Shown here: positions 42,411 through 55,666 of the stretch, piece by piece
How positions within the stretch are numbered: the stretch's first letter is position 1
Layout of the letters: every line of letters starts with the position of its first letter
Assembly (NCBI GenBank): GCA_012295275.1
Contig: CM022675.1
Location: forward strand, 7,192,001 to 7,256,000
Origin: Chrysomallon squamiferum
Taxonomy: Eukaryota > Animalia > Mollusca
Length of the DNA stretch: 64,000 nt
Direction of reading: 5' to 3'
The notes under the pieces: generated by a model
The model's database searches: none
Seen by the model: only the letters and a program-made list of their open reading frames with translations
Told to the model about the DNA's origin: nothing
Translations under genes and position numbers: made by a program

Positions 42411-44451
42411 ATGGGAAACAAAAGCTCATCCTCAGTTGATAAGGAGTTCGGATCTCCAGATGGACGCACGAGAAGCTGGTCCTTCAATGGGATGATATCC
42501 CGAGCCAGAAGAGCCTCCAGGAGTCCTTTCAGGGAGCGGAGCTCCTCTCTGTCAGACGCGAACAGGAGGAAAGGAAACCGAAGTGACGCAGTTCCGGTTG
42601 TGAGACGTGAGCTGTTCAAGGCAGGTAACTCTGACGAAGTCCCAGCCTCGGTCCGACGCGAGGCGTATCGGCAGTCACGCCACTCGGCCGAAATGCCGTT
42701 GGCGCTGCAGCGGCAGTTGTTGAAGCAGCTGACAAGCAGCAGCAGCAGCAGCAGCAACAACAAGGGGGACGAGAAAAAAAGTCCCCCACCTCCTCCGGGA
42801 TCTTTTGGTCAGAGGTTGCAGCAGGCCTCGTTGTCTCAGGTGAAAGCTGCAGGTGGGAGTCCCACCACAGCCACATCAGCCGCATCATCATCATCAGCAG
42901 CAGCAGGTAAGACACAGGTGAAGACGACTACGACAGCTTCAGCAGCAGGGTCAGCTCAGGTGGTGAGGATAACCGTGTCATCATCTGGTGAAAGTTTCAC
43001 GTCTGCTCAGCAGAAGGCTGTGACGAAAAACTCCGTTGTTGCCACCACCACCGCGGGTAAATTATTACCGTTGCCGGGTGTGGCCGTCGTGAGCTCTGGC
43101 CGAAGATAACGGTCACACCCGACAAACGAGATGACACCTCACCTGACAGGTCGCACACGACCGACTCGGGTTACAGCACCGCGTGCAGGAAGGCCGTCCC
43201 CTGTGGCGGTGGCGACGCGACGTTGTTGTTGTTGCTGCTGCTGCTGTTGACGACGATTCCGCTGCCGAGCACCTGAGGAAGATCTCGCACAGTCTGTACA
43301 GCGACAAGCTGCTGGAGCTGTGCAAGCGACGGGGCTTGGCGAGCATGAACCGCGACATGTCTCTGTCACAGAACAGCATGTTGTCCAGCCTCTCTTCTTC
43401 TGCTGCTGCTGCTGCTGCTGCTGGTGCTGGAGCTGGAGCAGTCCAGCTGAGGAAAGGAAGATCCTCTTCCTTGCAGAGTCTCGCCTCATACAAGTCGCAG
43501 ACCCAGTCTCACAACACAACGTACGAAAACCTCTCGGATCCCGAATCAAACGTTGAAGATTTTGACGAAGACTTTGAAATCCGGCCGAGGACTTATTCGG
43601 CCACGATCCTTGAAATGAGCCACAGGAACAAGACGAAAATCGCCATGGGAGCCACAGGAGCCATTATCAGGAGCAGCATCCAGAAGGAGGAGGACTTAGC
43701 TTCTTCTTCTTCTTCTTATTACTCTAATCCTCATGCCACAAAAGCTCAGAAGATTCTGGTTGCCCGAGCTTTGAAGTGTGAAAATCCTCTTCCAGAACTT
43801 TCGGGAGAAAGGAAAGGTGTTGTTGCAGACTCTCAGCCAAAGTTGGAGCAAATGGACGAAATGAAGACTCCTAGAAGAGATCCCATTCGAATCCCAATCC
43901 CTCTCCAGCAGTATGCAATCCCAGCCTCCCAGCATCGTCCTCCTGTTGGGAATCTCAGTCCTCTTCCCGAGGTTCACGAAAACGGGACTCTGAGTTCGAG
44001 TGTACCCACCTCATGTATAGCAGGAAGCGAGGACTCCACCCAGAAGTTCTTTCCCGAAAGCCGTCCACGAATTTATTATCACCAACAACATCATCAACAA
44101 CATCATCAGCAGCAGTATCAGTATCAGCAGCAGCAGCATGGTAGCCTTGACGACCTGATTCTGGAGCACGACAGGAAAAGCAGTTTGTCGGTTCTCGTCC
44201 CGAGGACTCGTAAAAGCGTTCCCACGCGTCTTAGCAGCGCCATGGTTACGCAGCTTGATGAGGACACCGGCCACGCCCTCCACTACCGCAGCCAGAGTGT
44301 GTCCTCGCTGCGTGGGGGGTGGGCGGGGCCTACACGCCTGGATTTGGCGGTGGGGCGTTGATATCGCAGGCTGCCGAGCGTTCGTGGAATTATAGTGTTT
44401 GTTCGTTGGCTGATTTGCCAGTCTCGGGAAATTACCCCGGAGTTTCTCGTG
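42411..44451 (+). CDS. Large first coding exon (~680 aa once three 1-nt frameshifts are repaired); N-myristoylated, low-complexity/disordered N-terminal region of a signalling protein whose remaining exons lie downstream
   Basis: Sharp GC/CpG-rich island in AT-rich DNA. ATG sits in strong context (atcaccATGG) with an in-frame TGA at 42396. ORF 42411-43109 (MGNKSSS...) is joined to ORF 43183-44361 by a bridging frame open 43061-43276 (PKITVTPDKRDDTSPDRSHTTDSGYST). A final frame (AYTPGFGGGALISQAAERSWNYSVCSLADLPVSGNYPGVSR) runs to the donor G|GTGAGT at 44451/44452. No catalytic domain is present, so family identity is not established. Confidence 0.8.
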
Positions 44452-45796
44452 GTGAGTAGACATCTTTGTTTTTTTTGTTTTATATATATATATATATGTA
44501 TGTATATATAGCCTGTCTCTTGTTTGTTCTGTGATCATTGTAAGTGTTTGTTGTTGTTGTTGTTACTAGTGCTATGATTAGTGTTATTTTCATGTTTGTT
44601 ATTGTTATTATTATTTATTATTATTATTATTGTTATTATTTATTATTATTATTTATTATTATGTGTATTATTATTATGACTATTATTATTATTATTTATT
44701 ATTGTTTATTGTTTATTATTATTATGACTATTATTATTATTATTATTATTTTTGCTATTTTTATGATATTATTTTTATTTTTGTGATTGTTTTGATTATT
44801 ATTATTATTATTATTATTATAATTATTATTATTTATTATTATTATTTATTAACATCAACAACAACAGCAACAGAAACAGCCACATCATCACAACAGCTAC
44901 TACAACAGCAGCAACAATAAAATTAATTTTGTTTCTATTTTTCTATACAGGTGATGACTGCCAAAGACCTTAACACAAGATGAGATGATATATATATATA
45001 TATCATTTTCTAAATAAATAATTGATTTATTATTCTAATAATTAATTTTTTTTAATTTTCAGTGTCATGGAAAATACTGTTATATGAACTCACAGTTCAG
45101 TTTTTTTATTGCATTATAATTAATTTTAAAAATTCATCTTTCTTATCCAGGAAAAAACTAGTGGATATATATCTAGTATATTTATATATAGTGATGTTTT
45201 TTATTTTGTATTTATAATATATTTGGTATTATATCTTTATATGTTCTGTTTTCTGTTTTATTTTAAAGGTGTTTATTTAAATATGATTTTAAAAAGTTAT
45301 TATTTACTGTTTAATTTTCTTGAATATTGTAGTCTGATATTAATTTGAGTAACGTCTGATTTTTGTATGAAATACATAGTCTGCATATATATATATATAT
45401 ATATATAAACACACACACACACACATATATACATACATACATACATACATATACATATTTTAATCTAGTTCAACATACCCTTATCTATACAACCTCTGCA
45501 GAGCACATATATCCAGCTATATGTAAGATATACATTCACCTTTATAAAACACACATATCCACCCCACAGTATAAAATACATACCCACCTGTACATAGCAC
45601 ACATACCCACCTGTATTCAACATGCATACCCACTCCCATGATACCCATCTCTAAATTACATTATCTTTAATATCTATCTCTCAGTAATTCTCTGTAAGAC
45701 ATTGTCATATTTGTATTTCCAGATATCAAACATGATATGTCTGTGTTAATATATTCTATAAGTCCAACCATTAAATACAATTATATCTCAATTCAA

Positions 45797-46720
45797 TTAT
45801 ATTTCATATACAGTTCAAGAATAAGTATATAATCTATTTAATATAAGTATTTATATATATCTATGTACATCTGTATTTCTGAGCTATAGTTAAGCTTTTG
45901 CCATAACATATATCATTGTATTGTACACCATTATATTTAATATACAGTTTCAAAATAAGTATATAAAAGTATTTATATATATCTAGATACATCTGTATTT
46001 CTGATCTCCAGTTAATCCTTTGACATAACATATATCATTGTATTGTACACCACTATATTTCATATATAGTCTCAAAATAAATAAATAATCTATTTAATAT
46101 TAGTATTTACTTATATCTATGTACATCTGTATTTCTGAGCTATAGTTAAGCTTTTGACATAACATATATCACTGTATTGTACACGACTATATTTCATATA
46201 CAGTTTCAAAATAAGTATATATTCTATTTAATATTAGTATTTACTTAAATATCTGTTTTCATCTGTGTTTGTGGAGGTGTCTGGGTCACTATTAATCTGT
46301 TGACATAAAATATCTCAGTATTTTACAACCATCATGTTTCATACATGATTTGAACATTATAACACATGTGTGTATTATAAATATTTAAATAATTATGCAT
46401 AGTTTCATTCTGGATGATTTTTCTAAAAAGAATTCAGCTTATAATTGAGTTACTGATGTAAAATATCATTATAATTCACACCACCATATTTCATACATGA
46501 TTTAAGCATGTAATATAAATATATATATAATTAATTAATATAAGTATTTATTTATGACTGCGTACAATTTCTTTCCGGGAAGAGTTTTGTGAAATGCTCT
46601 TAGTTATTAATGCAAAATATCATTATAATTCACTCCACCATATTTCATACATGATTTAAGCATACATAAAATGTATATAATGCAAGTGTTTATTTATATC
46701 TATGTACTGTAGTGTTTCTG
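45797..46720. repeat. ~125-135-bp tandem repeat
   Basis: ATATTTCATATACAG...ACATCTGTATTTCTGA...CATAACATATATCAYTGTATTGTACAC units at about 45799, 45932, 46054 and 46189; more diverged copies extend to about 46720. Confidence 0.9.
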
Positions 46721-47352
46721 AAAGAGTTTTGTAAGAAAAAAAAATCTGGGTTAAAGCTACACTATTGATGTATTAAAAAGAAATCATTATGGAGACTTCT
46801 GGCTGATTTAATACATTTAGCAGTGTAATTAGACTTGGGATTTACTCTGTAGAGATCAATATGTTTACTAAATGGAACTGCAGGTAAGTGAATGTAGATA
46901 AATAGACCTGAAATGTGACCAGTTACCACTGAAAGGTACATAAGTCATTTTCTTCAATTTTATTTACGTTACTGGTACACTCTCTCTGTCTCTCTGTATC
47001 TTTTCCTCTTTCTCTTTCTACACCTCTGTGTGTGTGTCTCTCTCTATTTCTTTCTCTCTTTGTCTTTCTGTGTGTCTCTCTTTTACTCTTATTAATTCAT
47101 TCTCTTTTTTTTCTCTCTCTCTCATGTACTCTTTCTCTCTCTTTATCTATCTATATATCTATACATCTATCTATATCGTGTGTGTGTGTGTATATATATA
47201 TATAAAACAATATATCTATCTCTGTCTGTCTATCTATTTCCATTCCATCTACTCAGTCACAGAACTAGGTCAAATACTTTATGATATTTACAAGTTCAAC
47301 TGATAAACGTTTTTGCAATATCAGCTATTCATTTACGTTCTCACACTTTATT

Positions 47353-47427
<75 letters not shown>

Positions 47428-47704
47428 TCTTTAACAGTTATAAGACTAGGTCAAACACATTTAAAAATGTATAGTCTTTCACAACATCAACTGGTAGAAA
47501 AAATCTGGCTATTTCAGTTATTTGAGATAGTCCACTGATAATGTCAGAGAAAACACTTCCATCTGTCTGTGTGTCTGACACTAAGTGACACATCCATCTT
47601 TTATCTGTCAGCTTTCTATACATATATGTATGAGTTTTAAAATCTCTTTGTGTAAGTGGTCGTAATATGCGATCTGAATAAACAGGCCTGCACTTGTTAT
47701 GTCT

Positions 47705-47711
47705 ATCAGTT

Positions 47712-47806
<95 letters not shown>

Positions 47807-48116
47807 TTATCTATCTATCTATTTTTCTCTCTATATCTATCAATCTATCTATCTGTCTCTATCTGTCTCTATCTATCTATATCTATCTATCTATCTGTCT
47901 ATCTATCTATATATCTATCTGTCTATCTATATCTGTCTATCTATCTATCTATCTATATATCTATCTATCTATCTGTCTCCATCTATTTGTCTTTATCTAT
48001 CTATCTATCTATCTATCTATATGTCTATTTTTCTCTCTATCTCTATCTATCTGTCTATCTACCTTTATCTCTATCTGTCCTCTACCTATCATTCTCTCTA
48101 TCTCTCTATCTGTCTG

Positions 48117-48147
<31 letters not shown>

Positions 48148-48220
48148 CTCTATCTATCTAACTCTCTATCTATCTGTCTCTCTATCTATCTTTGTGTCTA
48201 TCTATCTATCCATCCATCCA
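47705..48220. repeat. (TCTA)n/(TCTG)n tetranucleotide tract
   Basis: Visible directly in the sequence. Confidence 0.95.
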
Positions 48221-50992
48221 TCAATATATATATGGGGTAAGTTGTTTGGGTGTGTCTCTACATGTATGTATATGCATGTGTGTCTGTGTGTGTGTATCTC
48301 TGTCTGTATGTATGTCACTCTCTATGTATTTTGGCTTTATTTAAATTATGGGACATTTACTCTTTTTTTCTTCCTTTTTTTTTTTTTTTTTTAATTATAG
48401 AAAAGAGATTTGCTTTATTAATGAATATTAGGTCACCCCATATAAAAACTAAATAATGAGAGAAAGATAAAAAAAGAAAATTAATTTTTAAGTTTGATTT
48501 ATTGATGTGCTGTGACAAGACTAAAATGTAAAGTTAATTTGATTCTGTATTATAACCTGAACACATAATTAGAAAAAAAAAAGAAAAAAAAGCTTTAGAT
48601 AAATGAGCTTGATGGCTGTATAGTTTAAGATACAAAAAATAAAGTGAAAAGAAAAAAAAAAAGAGAGGGAGAAAGAGAGACAGAGTGAATGAGAGACAAA
48701 GGGAAAGAAAGAGAGACATAGAAAAAGACATAAAGAGAAAGAGAAAGGCAGGAGAGAGACAGAGAGAGAAAGAGAGACAGAAAGAGAAAGAGAAAGACAG
48801 AAGGACAGAAGGAGAGACATACATGGAGAGAAAGAGAGACAGAAAGAATAAGAGATTAAAGACAGACAGAAACAGAGGAAGGGAGAGATACAGAATGATG
48901 AAGAAAAGAGAAAAGGGAGACAAACAAAAGGGACAGAGAAAGAAAAAGACAGATTATATGGTGATGATAGAAAAGTTAAATATTTTTGTTTAACATTAAA
49001 AAAACGTGAAAAACAAAACAAATTACCTGTCTCTGTTTGTGTGTTTCACCTGTATCAGGTGACAGGTAGATTTTTATTAGGTTGGTGCCAGGTAATTTGT
49101 GGTTTTGTGTCACTGACAAGTTTGCACCTGTTTAACACCTGAGTTAATTACCTGTCTGCAGAAAATATTTAAAAATATTTTTTTTTTTTTTTACTTCTTC
49201 AACATTTACAGGAAAGAAGAAAAAAAAGAGGTCAACTTAATACCATACCTGTACAGGTGTGAATATGTGACTGTTGTTTAAAATACTGGTGTAAAATAAT
49301 TTAAAATTTTTGAATATCTGTTAATTTTTTCTTTCTTTATCCATCCATCCATCCATCCATCCATTCATCCATCTGTTCATCCAACCATCTATCTGTATTG
49401 TTTTTATTTTTTTTTTCATCAGCTGAGAAATGATTGATTAATAATGATAATAATTTAAATATGAGACTATATTCATGCACATAGACATATGTGCAAAACA
49501 GACAGACAGACAGATGTACATGTAAATACAAAGAGACACACACATACACACAAATACACACACACATACATACATACATACATATACATATATATATATA
49601 TATATATATTATATAATGCACAAACACATAGACATACATACAGACACATATCCACCTACAAACTCAGACAGACACACAAACAGACACACAGACAGACACA
49701 CAAGATCTCACAAACACATTTTTTTTTTTTTTGGGCTGTGACTCATCTACCTGTTATTTCTGATTTATATAACACACCTGAACAGGTATGCACTAATGAC
49801 ATTAAATCTTACATATGCGACATACCTGATAGGGTAATTACAGGATTTTATGTCCTTTTTCACAACTCAACACATTTCAACAGATTCTTAATCTCATATT
49901 GAACTTCAGTGTCTGTCACACATGAGTGACCTCAATTTTGAAAATGTATTTCAAGTGTGACTGTTATTAAAGGTAGACAAAATTTCACTTTTATTATTAT
50001 TATTATCTGTGATGAATAATTGTTAAATTATTTTGATACCTGGATAAAAAAAAAGTGTTTAGTGAAGTAAATGGAGAGTTGATGTTTGAGAAAATATAGC
50101 AACAGGATAAGGAAAAATAAATAGAAACAAAACGGAAAGATATGTAGACTTACATTCATGGATGAATGGATGGATGGATACAAAGGAAAACAGTGACAGA
50201 GATAAAGAGAGAAAGAAAGAGATAGAAATAGAAATAGAAAGAAAGAAAGAAAGAAAGAGAAAAAAACAGATAAAAGAGACAGTAACATTTTTACTGCAGA
50301 GAATTAAAATTAAATACAAAAGTTCATATATCCTGGAGCAAATCAATCTGACAAAGACAGACAGACAGACAGACAAACAGACAGTCTGTGACTCAGAAAT
50401 CTCCTCTAAAAGCCATGAAATATTTTCATTTGTTTCCAAAAGTGAAAATACTGGAAATTCCTGTTCCCGTCTCAGTTGTTGTTGTTGTCATTGTCACAGT
50501 TGTTGTTGTTGTTGCTGTTGTTGTAGACAAGTTTTTAATAATAAAACAATAAACTATTATTGTAACTTTACGTGTTAAATGTTTCTCAGTTGTTTCAAGT
50601 TTGCAGAAAACTCTAACAGGCCATAGGATGCATAAATTCTTATATACAGGTTTCTGTATGTGCAGATACAACAATACATCCATGTAGTTACATATGTATG
50701 CATAAACATACAATATGCACACATGCAAATGCTCACACACATGCATACATTCATATACAGCCACATACATTCAAACAAATATGCTCAGACACATACACTA
50801 AGACACATACATTCATATAGATACATACACATGCTCACACAAATACACATCTACTCACACATACACATACTCACACACATATTCAGACACACATACACTA
50901 CACACACACACACTCACACATAAAATTCTTACTGTTTTCATTAATATAGGGGTTCATCTTTAGCAGTATAACTTCATGATTTTTTTTCTGTT

Positions 50993-51094
<102 letters not shown>

Positions 51095-51473
51095 CATGTG
51101 AAGTTTGTTTATGCTAAAAATTTGGTATTGTGACTTATGACTCATTTCAGTGTTATGGGTCACACACACAGGCAGTTTTCAACAAGAACGCATACACAAA
51201 CGTTATGTTTAGAATATTGCTCTTTGAAATCTGGATAACTATTTAAGCAGATTTACATTTGTTCATGTTGAAATGATTAAATATGTAACTGAATACTGCA
51301 GAGAGCAACGAAATATACAGTTTATGTCACAGGGTGAATTATATACTTTATTTAACGCTGATAACGGTTATAAAGAGTGAACTCTGTGACATACGTAGCG
51401 TATTGTATTGACGTAGACTAGTTTATAAATATTTCATTATATTTGCGAGTTACAGTGTTTGTGTGTCAGATAG

Positions 51474-51535
<62 letters not shown>

Positions 51536-51907
51536 TGAGTGAGTGTATGTGAGTGTATTTGTGTGTATGTGTAAGAATGTATGTAATTACGGCATGTCTG
51601 TTTATGTATATATGTGTATGTATGTGTTCATGTGTAGGTGTATACATGTGTACAAGTGAAGTGTATGTGTGTATATGTATATATATGTGTATGTTTAATG
51701 TATATATAAAATGTATATATATGTGTGTGTGTGTGTGTGTATATGTATATATATGTGTGTGTGTGTGTTTATGTATGTATATATATATTTATGTTTATAT
51801 ATATATGTATATGTGTATATATATATGTGTTTATATATATATGTGTGTATGTATGTATGTGTGTATGTATGTATATGTATATATGTACATCTGTGTTTAT
51901 GTAGGTG

Positions 51908-51940
<33 letters not shown>

Positions 51941-53434
51941 GTATGTACATCTGTGTTTATGTAGATATGTGTATACATATCTTTGTATGAATGTATGTTT
52001 CTACATACAAGTGACTCTAAATGGGACGATACAGTGGATTATATGGCTGGGAGAGGACAAAGTCAGTAATTTGCATGTCATCATTTCGTCTATTCGAAAT
52101 CTGATAAAGCGTGTAATTTAAATGTGGTAAATGTTGGCTATTCAGACATGCAATTTCCCTGCTGATTGATAATCATTTCTTCAAAAGAGGAGAGAAAAAA
52201 AAATCTCGTACGTTTGACTTTAAAAAAAAGTGAAAATGAGTTTGGGAAAGCACAACAATTTGTCATACATAATTTACATATTGATTTGTCTTTCAAACCC
52301 AAATGCTGGGGAAAGAAAAAAAAAAAAAAAAAAAAAAATAATAAAAAGGAATTACTGAAGTGAAAAATTAACAAATCAAAGAGATTCGTCCAGTATTGAT
52401 TGTCTTAAAAACACAATTTTAGTAATGACCAAGGAAAAAAAAAAAAAGAAATCTTTATTTTTTTCAAAATCACCATCTTTTTCTGCGTTTCTAACAAATT
52501 TGCTTTGAATCCTTTTCCAGTTGATTCTACTTGGTCAGGGAAAACACTCAAATTTGAAACCAATTTCTGTTTGTGTGTTGCAGTTACGTGTTTTTAATGG
52601 GAAGTCATTCATGTCTATTTAATGGTTGTTTGCTTTAATTGTTGGATGTAAAAAACTGTGTTTGTCTGCGAGAAGAGGTTTTCAGTGTCTTGTTGCTATG
52701 GGTTAAATCAAAATATATATATAATCATTATAACTGAGGTAAAAAAAAAAAAAAAAAATGATGATGTTGTTGCAGTTAAAAGAGAATTGTAGTAGCTGTA
52801 ATTTGTTTTGCTGGATCGTTGAGTTAAAATGAAGTTAATGAGTTTCCATGGTTTTAAAAAAATCTTGATAAAATTTTCTGTTAGAAAAACCAGCCAACAA
52901 ACAAACAAACAAAAAAACCCTTCATGTTTAAATAATTAAAAATGTTTTCTAGCATTTTTCAATTTTTTATATACATTTGAAAACATAATTGTGAAAATTC
53001 CTAAGTTTTTTTCTTCTTTTGTTTTTTTAACTGAAATACACTGGTATTACAGATGTAGAAATTTTGCTGGAACTTTCAGAGCAATATCACAGATGTTTTA
53101 ATTAAAATAAATACAATTTATTTGGTTTTTAATCTTTGGTAGAAATTTCAAAAACATAACAGTGAGTAAAATATTATTATTTTAACTGAGATAAAAAAAT
53201 ATATTTAAAAAAAATCTGAGATCTTAACTGAACAAATATGTGGAAATTTTAATTCAAAGTGGCAGTCCTCTTGAAGTTGTTAACATCTTAGAACCATGTT
53301 TACTTCTTTTAATGTAAAATGTTTTACATATATAAATTAATATTTACATTTATAATACTTTACATATAATTATAATGAGATAAGTAAATAAGTAATGATG
53401 AAACTCCCATAATATATTTAATATAATTTATCAT

Positions 53435-53900
53435 GTAAATAAACTATATGTAAACAAAAATCATTTGTAACCAACACTATATGTAAACAAAAATCATATT
53501 TAACCAAACACTATATATAAACAAAAATGATATGTAACCAAACAATATGTAAACAAAAGTCATATGTAAACCAAATACTATATGTAAACAAAAATCATAT
53601 GTAACCAAACACTATATGTAAACAAAAATCATTTGTAACCAAACACTATATGTAAACAAAAATTATTTGTAACCAACACTATATGTTAAAAAAAATCATT
53701 TATAACCAAACACTATATGTAAACAAAAATCATATGTAACTAAATACTATTTAAACAAAAATTATACGGTAAATACTATATGTAAACAAAAATTATTTGT
53801 AAACAAACAGTATGTAAACAAATGCTATATTTAACAAACACATTAGGTAAACAAAACATCATATGTGAAAAATTCACCATATGAAAACAAACACTACATC
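53435..53900. repeat. 33-34-bp minisatellite (ACTATATGTAAACAAAAATCATWTGTAACCAAAC)
   Basis: About 12 tandem copies, decaying to the right. Confidence 0.95.
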
Positions 53901-54449
53901 CAAACCAACACCATAACGTAAACAAACACACAAAATTTTACATCAATAGTAACATTAAAGTTTTTTTCACTTTTTCTGATCAATGCCTGGATGTCACTGT
54001 GGAAGACACGAGAGTTCGTTAATGTACCTGCTTTACTTTATCTCACCTGTCAGGTGAAACTACAGGTAATTCATCATGTGGGTGCTTTAAAGCAGTCAGT
54101 CATTGTCGAGAATAAACATGGATTGGTTGTGTTTACAGAGCGACGTTTTTAAACTGGAAATTGTAAATTTGGTTCTTGCGTGAAACAGAGAGATAATAGT
54201 AATAAATGATTGTGTTGTGTTTTTGTTTAGTAAAATTTTGGGTAGAGGTAATGACAGGGACTATGTGTGAATGATGATAATGTTTGTGTTTGTCTGTGTG
54301 TCTGTGTGTGTGTGTGTGTGTGTGTTAGTGAGAATGCAGATAAATAGATGGATAGATAGATGGAAAAACAGATGAAGAGAGAGAGACAGAAAAAGAGAGA
54401 GAAATGGGATTTTTTGAAGTGACAGTTATCTGTGCAAGTTCACAAATTA

Positions 54450-54795
54450 ACAGGGTGGCAGTCCTCTTGAGTTGTTTAATGTCTGTGGAAGTTATATAAA
54501 ATGTGACAATCAATTAGTGTAAATTAAAAAAAAATGGGCAAAGTGGCAGTCCTCTTGAACTGTCTCAGTGTTATGAGATATGACATTCATTATTAAGTGT
54601 AAATTTTCAAAAAAACAACAACTGATAGAGTGGCAGTCCTCTTGAACTAGTTAATGTTATACGACATTACTCATTAACTGTAAATTTCAAAACAGGCAAA
54701 TTGGCAGTACTCTTAAGCTCGTTAACATTACGAGACGTCACTCATTAAATGCAAATTTTAAAAACAAGGCAAAGTGGCAGTCCTCTTGAGCTTGT
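54450..54795. repeat. 70-88-bp tandem repeat with conserved AGTGGCAGTCCTCTTGA core
   Basis: Cores at about 54455, 54541, 54629, 54699 and 54772; an orphan copy at about 53257. Confidence 0.9.
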
Positions 54796-55255
54796 TTTGG
54801 CAAAGAGATCTTTTCAAAGTGTCTGTCACTGTCATAATGTGTGACAGTTTTTATTAAGTATGTCATTAACCTGTGTCTAAATAGGAATCTGGGTTCACAA
54901 TTTGTTTTCAAAAAATATTTATATGTGCTATATGGTCATTCTTATACGGAAAGGTAATATTTTGATGATTTTTTAAAATATTTTTTACATTTATATAGTA
55001 AGCATAATTTTATATAATTTTACATGTATGAGTTGAAGTTATTATATAACTATGTGTTTAGATATCTATATCTATATCTATCTACCTATCTATCTATATA
55101 TATATATATAGAATGGTTTAAATATGTGTGTAGATGAATATATTTGTTTTATATGTATGTATGTATGCATGTATGTGTGTGTGTATGTATGTATGTATGT
55201 ATTTAGGTTTATTTATATATTGTTTTTTCTTTTTACATATATCAGTTAATATATA

Positions 55256-55295
<40 letters not shown>

Positions 55296-55614
55296 TTAAT
55301 GTATATATTTTTAACTGGCACCATTTCTCCTCCTTTTTTTTTTCTTTTTACATATATTAGTTAATATTTAATAATATAATACAGATCAGTTTATATATAT
55401 AGTAGAAGGGACACATTATTCTATTCTTATACATGACCTTAGTGTATAAAATAAAATAAAAAATAATTTAAAAACAAACAAAAAAATCATTTAACTGTTT
55501 TTAAATTGTAAACCTAACACAATTACTAACATAACCTCTAATGGAATTTTATAAGAAAAAAACACACAAAAACAAATTATTATCAATTCATACGTGAAAT
55601 TTTTATGTACGTAA

Positions 55615-55666
<52 letters not shown>

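Noticed and set aside
42625-43150. An intron (donors at 42625, 42907 or 43057; acceptor at 43149) explaining the frame break
   Set aside because: The interval is as GC-rich as the rest of the exon and lacks a pyrimidine tract. The strongest pair (42907-43149) returns to the first frame, which stops after a poly-Cys run. Not formally excluded without RNA data.
44359-44451. Stop-codon readthrough or selenocysteine at TGA 44359
   Set aside because: The context is TGA-T rather than TGA-C and no SECIS is evident. The -1 frame gives a more protein-like sequence and is explained by one G missing from a G run.
42362-44538. Minus-strand ORFs overlapping the GC-rich exon
   Set aside because: They are shadow ORFs of GC-rich coding DNA; Kozak context, splice signals and peptide motifs all favour the + strand
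54450-54795. 17-bp repeats with spacers as a CRISPR-like array
   Set aside because: The spacers are homologous to each other, so this is a degenerate tandem repeat
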